A stretch of 43,334 nt of DNA from NCBI GenBank assembly GCA_035297365.1, contig DATGZA010000078.1, positions 1-43,334 on the forward strand. Reading direction: 5' to 3'. The position numbers and the translations under genes were made by a program. This document shows positions 19,677-28,677 of the stretch, one piece after another. Below the pieces are notes generated by a model. That model had not been told where the DNA came from. It was given only the letters and a program-made list of their open reading frames with translations, and did not search any database. How positions within the stretch are numbered: the first letter of the stretch is position 1; every line of letters starts with the position of its first letter. Source of the DNA: Nitrososphaeraceae archaeon (GTDB lineage: Archaea; Thermoproteota; Nitrososphaeria; Nitrososphaerales; Nitrososphaeraceae).

Positions 19677-21326
19677 TCATCCATCCATTCCGGATCCCAT
19701 GCCATCATTGCCGTATCCAGAAGAAGGACCAGAAGGTGGTGACTTTGATTTACTAGCAGCAATTACATCATCAATTCTGAGTATCATTGATGATGCTTCC
19801 GTTGCAGCATTGATCACCTGTTCTTTTACTGCTAGAGGTTCAAATATTTCCTTTACAAATATATCAGAAATCTTCGTGTTGATCACATCTATTCCATATT
19901 TTGGTTTATTACTAGTTGAAACTTTAGATCGAAGTTGAACCTGACTATCAATAGGGTCCATACCTGCATTTTCTGCTAAAGTTAACGGAATGGATTCAAG
20001 TGCCTCAATGAATTTCTCTGCTGATAATTGTTCTCTCCCATTTAATCTGGTGGACCATTCTCTGAGTTTATGAGATACAAATGCTTCAGGTGCGCCTGCT
20101 CCTGCAATAATATATGGATATTCAATTACATCTTTTACAGCCATAAGTGCGTCATGAATAGATCTCTCCACTTCATCAATGATTCTTTGCGAACCACCTC
20201 TTACTAAAATAGTTACAGATTTAGGATTTTTACATTCTTCTACAAATACCCATTTATCAGTTTCGATTTGTCTCTCTTCTACCAAATTAGCATATCCAAT
20301 ATCTTCTTTTGTTAGATCATTAAGATTGGTAATCAGTCTGCCTCCTGTTGCTTTTGACAATTTGTACATGTCACTTTCTTTGATCCTTCTTACTGATAAG
20401 ATTCCTGATTTAGCCAAATAATGTTGTGCCATTTCATCAATTCCTTTTTGACATAGTACAACATTGACTCCTGTTGCTGTAATTTTGTCAACCATTGCTT
20501 TTAACATCGTATTTTCTTCGTCTATGAATTTCTGAATTTGTTCTGGATTGTTGATATTTATTTTTGCATCAAATTCGGTCTTTTCAATTTCTAAAGGACA
20601 ATTAACTAATGCAATTTTAGCATTCTCAATTCTCTTTGGCATTCCTCCATGGACTACTTCCTTGTCTAGTACTATTCCTTTAATCAGTTTAGTATCTCTA
20701 ATTGATCCTCCTGCTTTCTTTTCTACCTTGACGTTATCAATATCCACTTTGAACTTTTCATTATCATATTTTTCCACAATAGACAATATTGCGTCTATAA
20801 CAACGTCAGACAATTCTGGAGAATTACTGGCAGTAAGTTTGGATGCCATAGCCGTAGTAGCAATTTTTTTCAAATGGTTTTTATCAGTAGGATCTATCTT
20901 TTCTGCAACTTGTTTTAGTAATTCAATTGCCTTTTCTGCACTTTTTCTATATCCATCTACAATTACAGTAGGATGAACTTTGTTGTCTATCAATTCTTCT
21001 GCCTTTGCCAAAAGTGAACCTGCTAATACAACAACGGAAGTAGTACCATCCCCAACTTCATTATCTACACTTTTAGTAACTTCTACCATCATTTTTGCCG
21101 CAGGATGCTGAACGTCTATTTCTTTAAGAATAGTTGCTCCATCATTTGTAATGGTAACATCTCCTAATGTGTCTACTAACATTTTATCCATACCGCGTGG
21201 ACCTAAACTAGATTTGACCATTTCTGTAACTAATTTTGCTGCGGTAATGTTGTTTCTTTGAGCATCTTTATCCTTTGTTTCAATACTTCCTTCTTTCAAT
21301 AAAACAATTGGAACTTGAGATGACAT
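19677..21326 (-). CDS. ths: Thermosome subunit (group II chaperonin)
   Basis: [26 protein letters not shown] and RIDDVI, plus a Gly/Met tail. Start is probably ATG 21326 (MSSQVPIV). Confidence 0.97.
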   Translation of the reverse strand: MSSQVPIVLLKEGSIETKDKDAQRNNITAAKLVTEMVKSSLGPRGMDKMLVDTLGDVTITNDGATILKEIDVQHPAAKMMVEVTKSVDNEVGDGTTSVVVLAGSLLAKAEELIDNKVHPTVIVDGYRKSAEKAIELLKQVAEKIDPTDKNHLKKIATTAMASKLTASNSPELSDVVIDAILSIVEKYDNEKFKVDIDNVKVEKKAGGSIRDTKLIKGIVLDKEVVHGGMPKRIENAKIALVNCPLEIEKTEFDAKININNPEQIQKFIDEENTMLKAMVDKITATGVNVVLCQKGIDEMAQHYLAKSGILSVRRIKESDMYKLSKATGGRLITNLNDLTKEDIGYANLVEERQIETDKWVFVEECKNPKSVTILVRGGSQRIIDEVERSIHDALMAVKDVIEYPYIIAGAGAPEAFVSHKLREWSTRLNGREQLSAEKFIEALESIPLTLAENAGMDPIDSQVQLRSKVSTSNKPKYGIDVINTKISDIFVKEIFEPLAVKEQVINAATEASSMILRIDDVIAASKSKSPPSGPSSGYGNDGMGSGMDG

Positions 21327-21340
21327 TCCATACACACCTC

Positions 21341-21470
21341 TTGTTACTAACATAATAGAGATACTCAATTATAAATTTTACTATAATGTGGTTAATTGAT
21401 AATTGATAATGAAATAATATATGAATAAAGATGTAATTATATTCAGATAAACAAATTATGTGAGTAACAA
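21341..21470. promoter_or_regulatory. Divergent thermosome/Hsp20 promoter region with a shared 16-bp motif ATTATGT(G/T)AGTAACAA
   Basis: TTGTTACTAACATAAT (21341-21356) and ATTATGTGAGTAACAA (21455-21470) are 15/16 reverse complements, each on the coding strand of its gene. Confidence 0.55.
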
Positions 21471-21509
21471 ATAAATATTTCCTTGGTAATTATTATCTAT
21501 TGATCAAAA

Positions 21510-22019
21510 ATGTCATCTTCTCAAATATCTCGAAAAAATAAAGACAACCAGAAAAGAGAAATGATGCCACGTAGACCTTTTGATGAACTCTTCGATAACT
21601 TTAGACACGATATAGAGGATACTTTTTTTACTCCTTTTATGAATCCTTTCAAAACATTTGGAACAGCAGGAGGTATGGATTTAATTGAAACACGAGTTCC
21701 ATTATGTGATATAATAGATAAAGGAGATAAATACACAATTTCTTTAGAAGTACCTGGTATGCAAAAGGACAAGATCGAAGTTAAAGCAACAGAAGAATAC
21801 ATTACCGTTTCTGGCATAGATGAAAAGAAAAATGAAAAGGAAGAAGGAAATTATGTTCTTAAGGAAAGAGCATACAGCTCATTCTCTAGAAAGATTCCAT
21901 TTTCCGAAAATATCATTCCTGCTAAAGTTGATGCTAGTGTAGAAAATGGGATCTTAAAAATCGAATTACCTAAACAAAAACCTACATATACCGAAGAAAC
22001 ACAAATAAAGATAAGATAA
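21510..22019 (+). CDS. Small heat-shock protein (Hsp20/alpha-crystallin)
   Basis: PLCDIID, LEVPG…K.KIEV, ERAYSSFSRKI, ASVENGILKIELPK and a C-terminal IKI motif. Confidence 0.95.
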   Translation: MSSSQISRKNKDNQKREMMPRRPFDELFDNFRHDIEDTFFTPFMNPFKTFGTAGGMDLIETRVPLCDIIDKGDKYTISLEVPGMQKDKIEVKATEEYITVSGIDEKKNEKEEGNYVLKERAYSSFSRKIPFSENIIPAKVDASVENGILKIELPKQKPTYTEETQIKIR

Positions 22020-22511
22020 ATTAGAAATATTTCTCTACTTTTTATTTAGTAATTTATTTTTTTAGTATAATGTCATATACTTATAATCTGTTAGAACAAA
22101 ATAGGTGTAAAAAGGTGTATCAACTTTCATTCCTGTTTATTTATATTCAACTTAACATAATTTTCCGGATTTTCATCTGACTAAATTCTAGGTGATAATC
22201 TTTTGATTTTATTAATATTTTTGAATTTTTATATTATATGTACTAACAACATTTGAACTGCGATACACACTGCTATCAATTTGCGTTAGTGCAAATATAG
22301 TAATTATCAATTATTAAAAACATTGAAAATATTTTACTATTAATACTAAACAAATTACGTAATTTATTTAGTACAAATGTCAAATTGATCTTTCGTGAGT
22401 TTTTTAAATATAGATTATAAATAAATAAAGGGAGTTATTTGAGTTGACCGTAATACATGTTTGTTCTGTACTGACTATTCAATGTTGCCCAGAGCCAACC
22501 AGTTAGAAAGA

Positions 22512-22658
22512 TTAAAGTTCCAGCTTTCCATGTTCATACAAATCCTTTGATTTTTTTAGATTCTTATTTACAATTTTTTTTATATCTTCCTCAAGCTCAT
22601 TATTATCAACAGCAATTTTTTTGTCCCGAGTTATATTATCTGAATGATAGAGATACAT
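22512..22658 (-). CDS. Possible small protein (48 aa), below the ORF-track cut-off
   Basis: MYLYHSDNITRDKKIAVDNNELEEDIKKIVNKNLKKSKDLYEHGKLEL*; a 14/16 copy of the heat-shock motif lies about 50 bp upstream (22709-22724). Confidence 0.3.
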   Translation of the reverse strand: MYLYHSDNITRDKKIAVDNNELEEDIKKIVNKNLKKSKDLYEHGKLEL

Positions 22659-22893
22659 AGGCAATTTTGAAATCACCTGATTAAATTAAGTAATTAAAGA
22701 CTATTTATTTCTTACTCACATATTGTGAATAATATATAACATCTAGAAGTTTTAGATATTTGTGAATTTCATCCCTTATCATATACAATACTGCTAGCGG
22801 TGAATATATATTGGAATTATCTAAAAAATAGAATATATTTGTAGCCGTATAAAAATACTTATGAGTGTCAGAAAAAATGTTAGTTTTGGCTTT

Positions 22894-23560
22894 TTAATAA
22901 CATATGTTTTCTAACAGATAATGACTTTTATAAATGTCGATATGTTTTGAAGCATGCAAATTCCAGTTAAGTTTATTTTTAAAGCTATTTATATTAACAA
23001 AATATTTCTCATATTGATTATTTATCTGTAATAAGGCTTTAGTAAAATTGTCTGGTTTTCTTTTTACACACATACCCAATTCTTTACGTGAGAATTCTTT
23101 GAAAAATTCTAGATCGGAAGCAATAAGGGAATTCCATGGACCAATGCATCAAACATTCCATCATATCCCGAGGATACTTTGTATGGAAGCAAAACTATAT
23201 CCGATGCAAATAATAATAAGGAAAATTCTGGATCAGACATATAATTTTTATTCAAACTTATTATTTTATTATTTTTGTAATCTTTTTTAATATCTATTCT
23301 TTCGCGACTATAGTGAAATCTTGAATGATTCATTACTATAGTCCAGCCATCAGGTATCTCCATTTTTCGAACGATATCCCAACTCTTAGTAGAAGTTAGA
23401 AATCCATTTAGTAATGCTATTCTGCCATTTTCTGGTAAAGCCAATCTTTTTCTCGCTTCTTTTTTATCTATGAATGGAATACATGGTTCAGCACCATGAT
23501 AAATCATTTTGCATCCAGCTATAAGATTTGCCATATAGTTCGAAAAAACTATTCCTGCCT
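22894..23560 (-). pseudogene. GT-B (GT4-like) glycosyltransferase pseudogene, 5'-truncated and frameshifted
   Basis: IYHG, KKEARKRLALP, GFLTSTK.W and LFASDIVLLPY…SG.MFDALVHGIP. The C-terminal piece lies in another frame (22894..23079). Confidence 0.75.
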
Positions 23561-23609
23561 AACTCTTCTGCATTATAAATTTGTTAAATTTATGCAAAGA
23601 TCTATAGTT

Positions 23610-23885
23610 TATGAGATGTTTCCAATGATTCAAATGTATGATAATAACAGGAAAGTATATTATTGTACTTTCCTTCCTGTTTCCACCAAATCTGTACTGC
23701 TTTGAATTCAGGAGATCCAACAGGAAAATATTCTGATCTAATGTACCCTTATTTTCAAAGATACTGTTTTGTAATCTCAGTTGAACAATGTGGTGTTGCT
23801 CTATCTACAAATATGATACATTTACCAAATCTTTTTTGTATCTGTTTTAGATAATCAATAAACGTCTTACTGTTAGATAGTATGA
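23610..23885 (-). mobile_element. IS630-family (DDE_3) transposase remnant
   Basis: The minus strand reads SKTFIDYLKQIQKRFGKCIIFVDRATPHCS…YL*K*GYIRSEYFPVGSPEFKAVQIWWKQ, matching the D..H and P..SPE.N..E..W motifs, with stops. Confidence 0.7.
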
Positions 23886-23973
23886 ATTTATGTTTGTTAG
23901 TATTATCAACCATATGTATTATCAATATACTTGGTTGAATGGGTTTATCTGTAGTACAAGAACTCTAGATTTT

Positions 23974-24758
23974 TTAGCCATTGACTAAATAAAATAGGTT
24001 TGAGACTCTTCGCTTAGTCTCAAAAGTAAGATGATAGATTATATGAAAACTTAGATCGACTAAAACAGGTTTGAGACAATAATATGCAAATAATTATGAA
24101 TATTATTGATATTATGGTCAACTTTGAAATTGACTAAAACAGGTTTGAAACATTATTCATCAAGCTGTTTAATATCATGGATATTTAGCCTAAGGAATGG
24201 AATAAAATAGGTTTGAGACTTTTCTTCAAAAATGTGGGGATGCTATAACTCTAAGATTTTAGAAATTGACTAAAACAGGTTTGAGACTATATAGCAAACT
24301 TGTATATATTAAAAGTGTACCTCCTCTCATCACCAATGGCCAAAAAAATTTTTATTGTAAAGTAGGGGAATAGTATAACTCTAAGATTTTTAACTGAGTA
24401 AAAAATTGTTTCAAAAATTCCAAACTTCGAAATTGATTAAAATAAATATGATTGAGACTACTAGGGAGAAGAAAGAAATTAATAAAATCATACACAGTTG
24501 AGAATCACAGTTAAGAATCAACTAAAATGGGTTTGAAACACTTCTGCTTCAGTACCTGCTGTTTTAACTTGATGAATGCTTAGATCGCCCAAAATAGAAA
24601 ATAGATTTGAAACATAAAGTGAAAAAAGAAATATACTGTACTTTGCCTTTGTACGTACTAAAATCATGTGTTTTAAAAATATTTCTGCTTTAAGCGCAAG
24701 TTAATTTAATTATTAAAACTAAAGCCAAAAAGCAAACCATCACAAGACAGATTGAAAC
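23974..24758 (+). CRISPR. Degenerate orphan CRISPR-like array, about 9-10 repeats of ~30 bp
   Basis: Repeat 3' ends at 24006, 24077, 24151, 24219, 24287, (24416), 24458, 24539, 24613 and (24758). Consensus is about (C/G)TTAGAAATTGACTAAAACAGGTTTGA(G/A)AC, with 68-74 bp periodicity in the best part and ~38-44 nt spacers. No cas genes in the window. Confidence 0.7.
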
Positions 24759-25180
24759 AGATCGATATAAGGAATTTTTGACAGTACTGAGATGTCAGAT
24801 CAATAAAAAAAATCTTGTATTTTTTGTTGACTGGATATTTATTTTTATTTTACATTTTCCTAATTTAAATATCTTTTTTTTGCTTACATTTATTTTCAGT
24901 ATAGCAGTGAATCTATATTTTTGGTTATCTTTATTTATTTATTTGAACCTTTATTTTATCATCAGTCAGAATATGAATAACCTTTAGAATCTGGCCGTTA
25001 ATCAACATAATCTATGTTTTACCATCTATCTATGAATCTACGAAGTGCTTAAAAGTGATGAAGAATTCCTTTTCTGATATAAGCAGTGAAGATATAAAAT
25101 AAAGTAAAGAATTTGTTCTCCAAGAATATATGAATGTGAATAAGTACTACAAGCAAGGAAGAGTCTCTGTAACCCAAATA

Positions 25181-25902
25181 GGCGGTGTTAAGTTAACGAA
25201 AGATCTATAGCTGTGGACGTTCTATTCTAACAATATATGTTGTTAAGATTTGTCAGAAATAGAACATCCATATGTATTGTAATGTATTCTCTTTATCTAT
25301 ACTTTCTTGGTTTGAGTCTACGAAATACGTCTAAAGCACTGGAACCTTTTAAGGATCAAAATAGAAGTCATGTTGCTGTTTGGGAGTGGATTCAAAGATT
25401 CGGTTCTTCCCATATTTATAACAAACACAGACGAGTTTGTGCATTCATTATAGATGAAACTATAATTCAGTTGGTGGTCAACATTTCTGGTTGTGGATCT
25501 GTATTGAACCCGTTCACAGATCTGTACTTGGGATCTACATTTCAGAGGAGAGAAACATGCTTGTTGTTGAAAAATTCATTAGATCTCTTGTATCAAGGTA
25601 TGGAAGACATGTAGTATACACTGATGGTGGTACTTGGTATCCACAAGCATGTAACTTTTTGAATCTGAAACATAGATTTCATTCTCCCTTAGAGAAGAGC
25701 TTAATCGAAAGAGTGATGCAGTATTTCAAGGATAGATCAGAATGTTTTGATGATTACTATCCTTGTACCAAGAATAGTATAAAATGTAATCTATCACATG
25801 TATGCAATTGGATCAAATTATTCATTTGTCTGTATAATGCAAAAATCAGAAACAATATTGTATTCAAAATTGGAGGTGAAATAGTCTTAACTTAACAGCA
25901 CC
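25181..25902 (+). mobile_element. IS6-family element (722 bp), transposase split by one frameshift near 25470
   Basis: TIRs GGCGGTGTTAAGTTAA and the reverse complement of GGTGCTGTTAAGTTAA. ORFs 25237..25614 and 25491..25895 together give IIDET, YTDGGTWY and LIER…FKDR (DDE). Confidence 0.88.
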
Positions 25903-26289
25903 GATATTCTAATATATTTTATATAAATATCAACTTTAGAAAAGAAATTTAAATTTTTTAATATAAAGAATAATATTAATTATTCTAGAATAATTCTTAT
26001 TTGATTATGTAACCGAGCACAATTATACATTTGAATGACTTTTAAAAGTGGATTTAATAACTATGAAGCATATCATATTGATTTTTTATCATTGTTTGCT
26101 ACTTCATTACCAATTATTAGTTTTTCGCAAATGGATTATTCTACACATCCTACAATTACACGACAGATACCATCAGCAAATACGCAATCACAACCAAGTT
26201 ATCATCTTAGGGACAATTATTATGAATGATAGTGGAGATACAAAAATTGCATCAGATTTTACAATAGATATAGAAGAAAATACATCCAC

Positions 26290-26417
26290 TTTTTAATTTT
26301 ATTTTTCAATTCATCCTTCTTTTTTATTTGGAGTGAATTCAATTTTAGAACTATTATTACAATAGGGCCAGTGGTTTCCGTTGTGATATTACTACTAAAA
26401 ATGGATTCAAAATATTA
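26290..26417 (-). repeat. att-like site G (arm L2 plus core) followed by a ~70-bp stub of an integrase-B-like start
   Basis: 26365-26417 is identical to 4061-4113 (inverted). Beyond the core it resembles 17655-17725 (TTGTAATAATAGTTCTAAAATTGAATTCACTCC vs TTGTGATATTAGTTCTCTAATTGGATTCACTGC). Confidence 0.85.
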
Positions 26418-26801
26418 AATAAAAAGCAAATAATTAAACATTACGTATTAGAACTCATTTTTAAAATATTTGTATCGATGAAAATTTATAGACATTAAAA
26501 TAGGATCTATTATAATAGGATTGTTAGCATAAGAGCAAACAGAATTGTATAATCTTGCAATTGAAAGAACATTTGCCTTTGACAGAAATACCGATAAGGG
26601 TCCAATCCAAATTGGAGATAGATTTCATGCATATGTAATAGGAAAAGAACTGTATCCACCTGAAGGTTCTGAATGTGAAGAGAGATTGATTATAGATTTT
26701 AGATAAACCCAATCCGTTAGCAGTACGATAAGTAATTTATATAGAATTTGAATTGAATGAAATATAGTTATTGTTAAAATAACTTCCGTATTCTATCTAA
26801 A

Positions 26802-27410
26802 TTATTTTGTAAATTCTCCCACCATTATATAGATTCCAAGTCCTATTAATACAAAAGGCAAAATTAAATGACCAATACGCCATATCCTATTAGCAAGAAA
26901 ACTATGATTTACAAGATAATATCCAATACTACACCAGACTGCTGTCATAATTATAAATATTACAACTAAGATAACTATTTGGTCAATTGTATTTTTGTTA
27001 GCAAATAATGGTGTATAAATTCCAATATTGTCTCCACCATTTGAAAAAGTTACAGCAGCAACACTTAGAAAAGATAATGATGAATTTGGTGTTCTTGTTA
27101 AAGTATTTTTTGAAGTTGTATCTCGTTCTTTTTTCTTTTTATAATATTCTATTAACTTTTTTATACCAATTATTATTTGTATAATACCCATAAAACCTAT
27201 AAGAAATGATGGAATAACTAAGGAAATAAGAGAAGCAATTATACTTATTGTTATTAATAATCCAATTCCAATATATTGTCCAATTACAACTTGGTATTTT
27301 GGAAATTTTAAAGAATTAGAAAAGAATACAATCAGTAGAAAAATATCATCAATGTTTGTAGAGACAAATGCTGATATACCTAAAATCATCAAATAACTAA
27401 AGTCCGTCAT
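26802..27410 (-). CDS. CadD-family cadmium resistance transporter
   Basis: FVSTNIDD, IGQYIG and NGGDNIGIYTPLF motifs; hydrophobic throughout. Confidence 0.88.
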   Translation of the reverse strand: MTDFSYLMILGISAFVSTNIDDIFLLIVFFSNSLKFPKYQVVIGQYIGIGLLITISIIASLISLVIPSFLIGFMGIIQIIIGIKKLIEYYKKKKERDTTSKNTLTRTPNSSLSFLSVAAVTFSNGGDNIGIYTPLFANKNTIDQIVILVVIFIIMTAVWCSIGYYLVNHSFLANRIWRIGHLILPFVLIGLGIYIMVGEFTK

Positions 27411-27748
27411 AAAATAACGATTACTCTGTTATCCATAGATGTAGTAATATAAATTCAATCCAAAAAAATTAAAAATTTAGGGATGTCAATTTTGAATATT
27501 CAAATATGTTGTCCAATATTATTATAGTGTTACTATTTAAATTAACTCAAGTTTAATATTTTTAATCTTTATAGAACGATTAAATAATTATAAAAAGTAT
27601 TAATTTTAATTGTTAGTTTTAAGATTTGATTGTTATTTTATTCCTAAAGGAAATATAAGAAAGGGAATTTATGATGTATCAATGAAAATAATGGTTATTG
27701 GTTAATTTTGATAAAAAAATTATATTCTAAATTAGATAAACAGTAATT

Positions 27749-28456
27749 TTAAACTAAACCTAATCCGAACGCAATAGCCATAATAGCCAATATGATTGCA
27801 CTTACTTTTGGAAGATATTTAGTATAATGAATAATTCTATCCTGAATAGTGGTAATTATTTTAACTGATAAAATTGTAATACCTATTAAAGCAACAGATA
27901 CTGATAGAGCATATACAATCATTAATAATGCTGGATTTACGCCTGCAGCCGCTAGGGAAAGTATTACAAATTCTTCTTCATGTGCAAACCCTAGAATTAA
28001 AGCAGAAATTGCTAATGCGGAGAGAGACGGTAATGTTCTTATTTGATGTGTATGAAGATGGTTATGAAATCCTTCATCTTTATGCCAATGACTATGATCA
28101 TGCTTAATCTCCTCTGAAAACTGATGCAAATGACCATGTTGACTATTTACTAAATCCTCTGGTTTTTCCCTCCAAAACATGTAAGCCAATATTGCGAGTG
28201 CAATTGCCGCAGCGTAGTTGAGATAATTCTGAGGTATATGGATATATGTACTAAATAAGATAAATGCTAAAACTACAACTATGGAAGAAAGAAAGTGAGC
28301 AGAAGCAAGTATGCCGGAACTTAAAATGCTACTTAATAGCGGTCTTTTGCTTTGAAGTGAATATAAAACCGCTACTGTCCATCCATGCGATGGGTTAATT
28401 CCATGTAACAAACCAAAAATGATTATACCAGAGAAGACGGCTATTATTTCTTCCAA
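27749..28456 (-). CDS. NiCoT/RcnA-like nickel/cobalt transporter with His-rich loop
   Basis: GLLHGINPSHG motif, His-rich loop (HGHLH…HDHSHWH…HNHLHTH), GFAHEEE and about six TM helices. Confidence 0.8.
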   Translation of the reverse strand: MEEIIAVFSGIIIFGLLHGINPSHGWTVAVLYSLQSKRPLLSSILSSGILASAHFLSSIVVVLAFILFSTYIHIPQNYLNYAAAIALAILAYMFWREKPEDLVNSQHGHLHQFSEEIKHDHSHWHKDEGFHNHLHTHQIRTLPSLSALAISALILGFAHEEEFVILSLAAAGVNPALLMIVYALSVSVALIGITILSVKIITTIQDRIIHYTKYLPKVSAIILAIMAIAFGLGLV

Positions 28457-28677
28457 TTATGACTACTAGAAATTTATATCTATTATAATCCTTTTTAGAT
28501 AACAATGCAAAATTCTCTATCATCCTTGATTTATCGTCGTATTATTAAGCATTGAATTTTCATTTTATATTATGATCCTTCCCAACAGTATTATACACAA
28601 GTCAGTTTATGGACTATATTGACCTAAAAAGAGGATTTGAAAATTACTTAATATAAGATACTATTGTAAATAATAAA

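Noticed and set aside
19699-20976. ORFs 19699..19938, 20179..20421 and 20548..20976 (+)
   Set aside because: Antisense shadows of the thermosome gene.
24778-24987. 69-aa hydrophobic ORF next to the array
   Set aside because: Low-complexity T-rich sequence with a TTG start; probably non-coding.
25460-25495. Programmed frameshift in the IS6 transposase
   Set aside because: No slippery heptamer at the junction and IS6 transposases are normally single ORFs. It looks like a single-base deletion or sequencing error.
17917-25902. Composite transposon formed by the two IS6 copies around the heat-shock/CRISPR block
   Set aside because: The copies are diverged and both defective, and no flanking target duplication is visible. 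Co-mobilisation cannot be supported.
26035-26730. Short ORFs 26035, 26048, 26524 and a coding-like + strand fragment near 26530-26705
   Set aside because: Probably gene debris around site G; no family recognisable.
22800-26800. cas genes near the array
   Set aside because: Flanking ORFs and fragments are glycosyltransferase, IS630, IS6 and unassignable short pieces. No Cas1/2/3/5/6/7 motifs were recognised.
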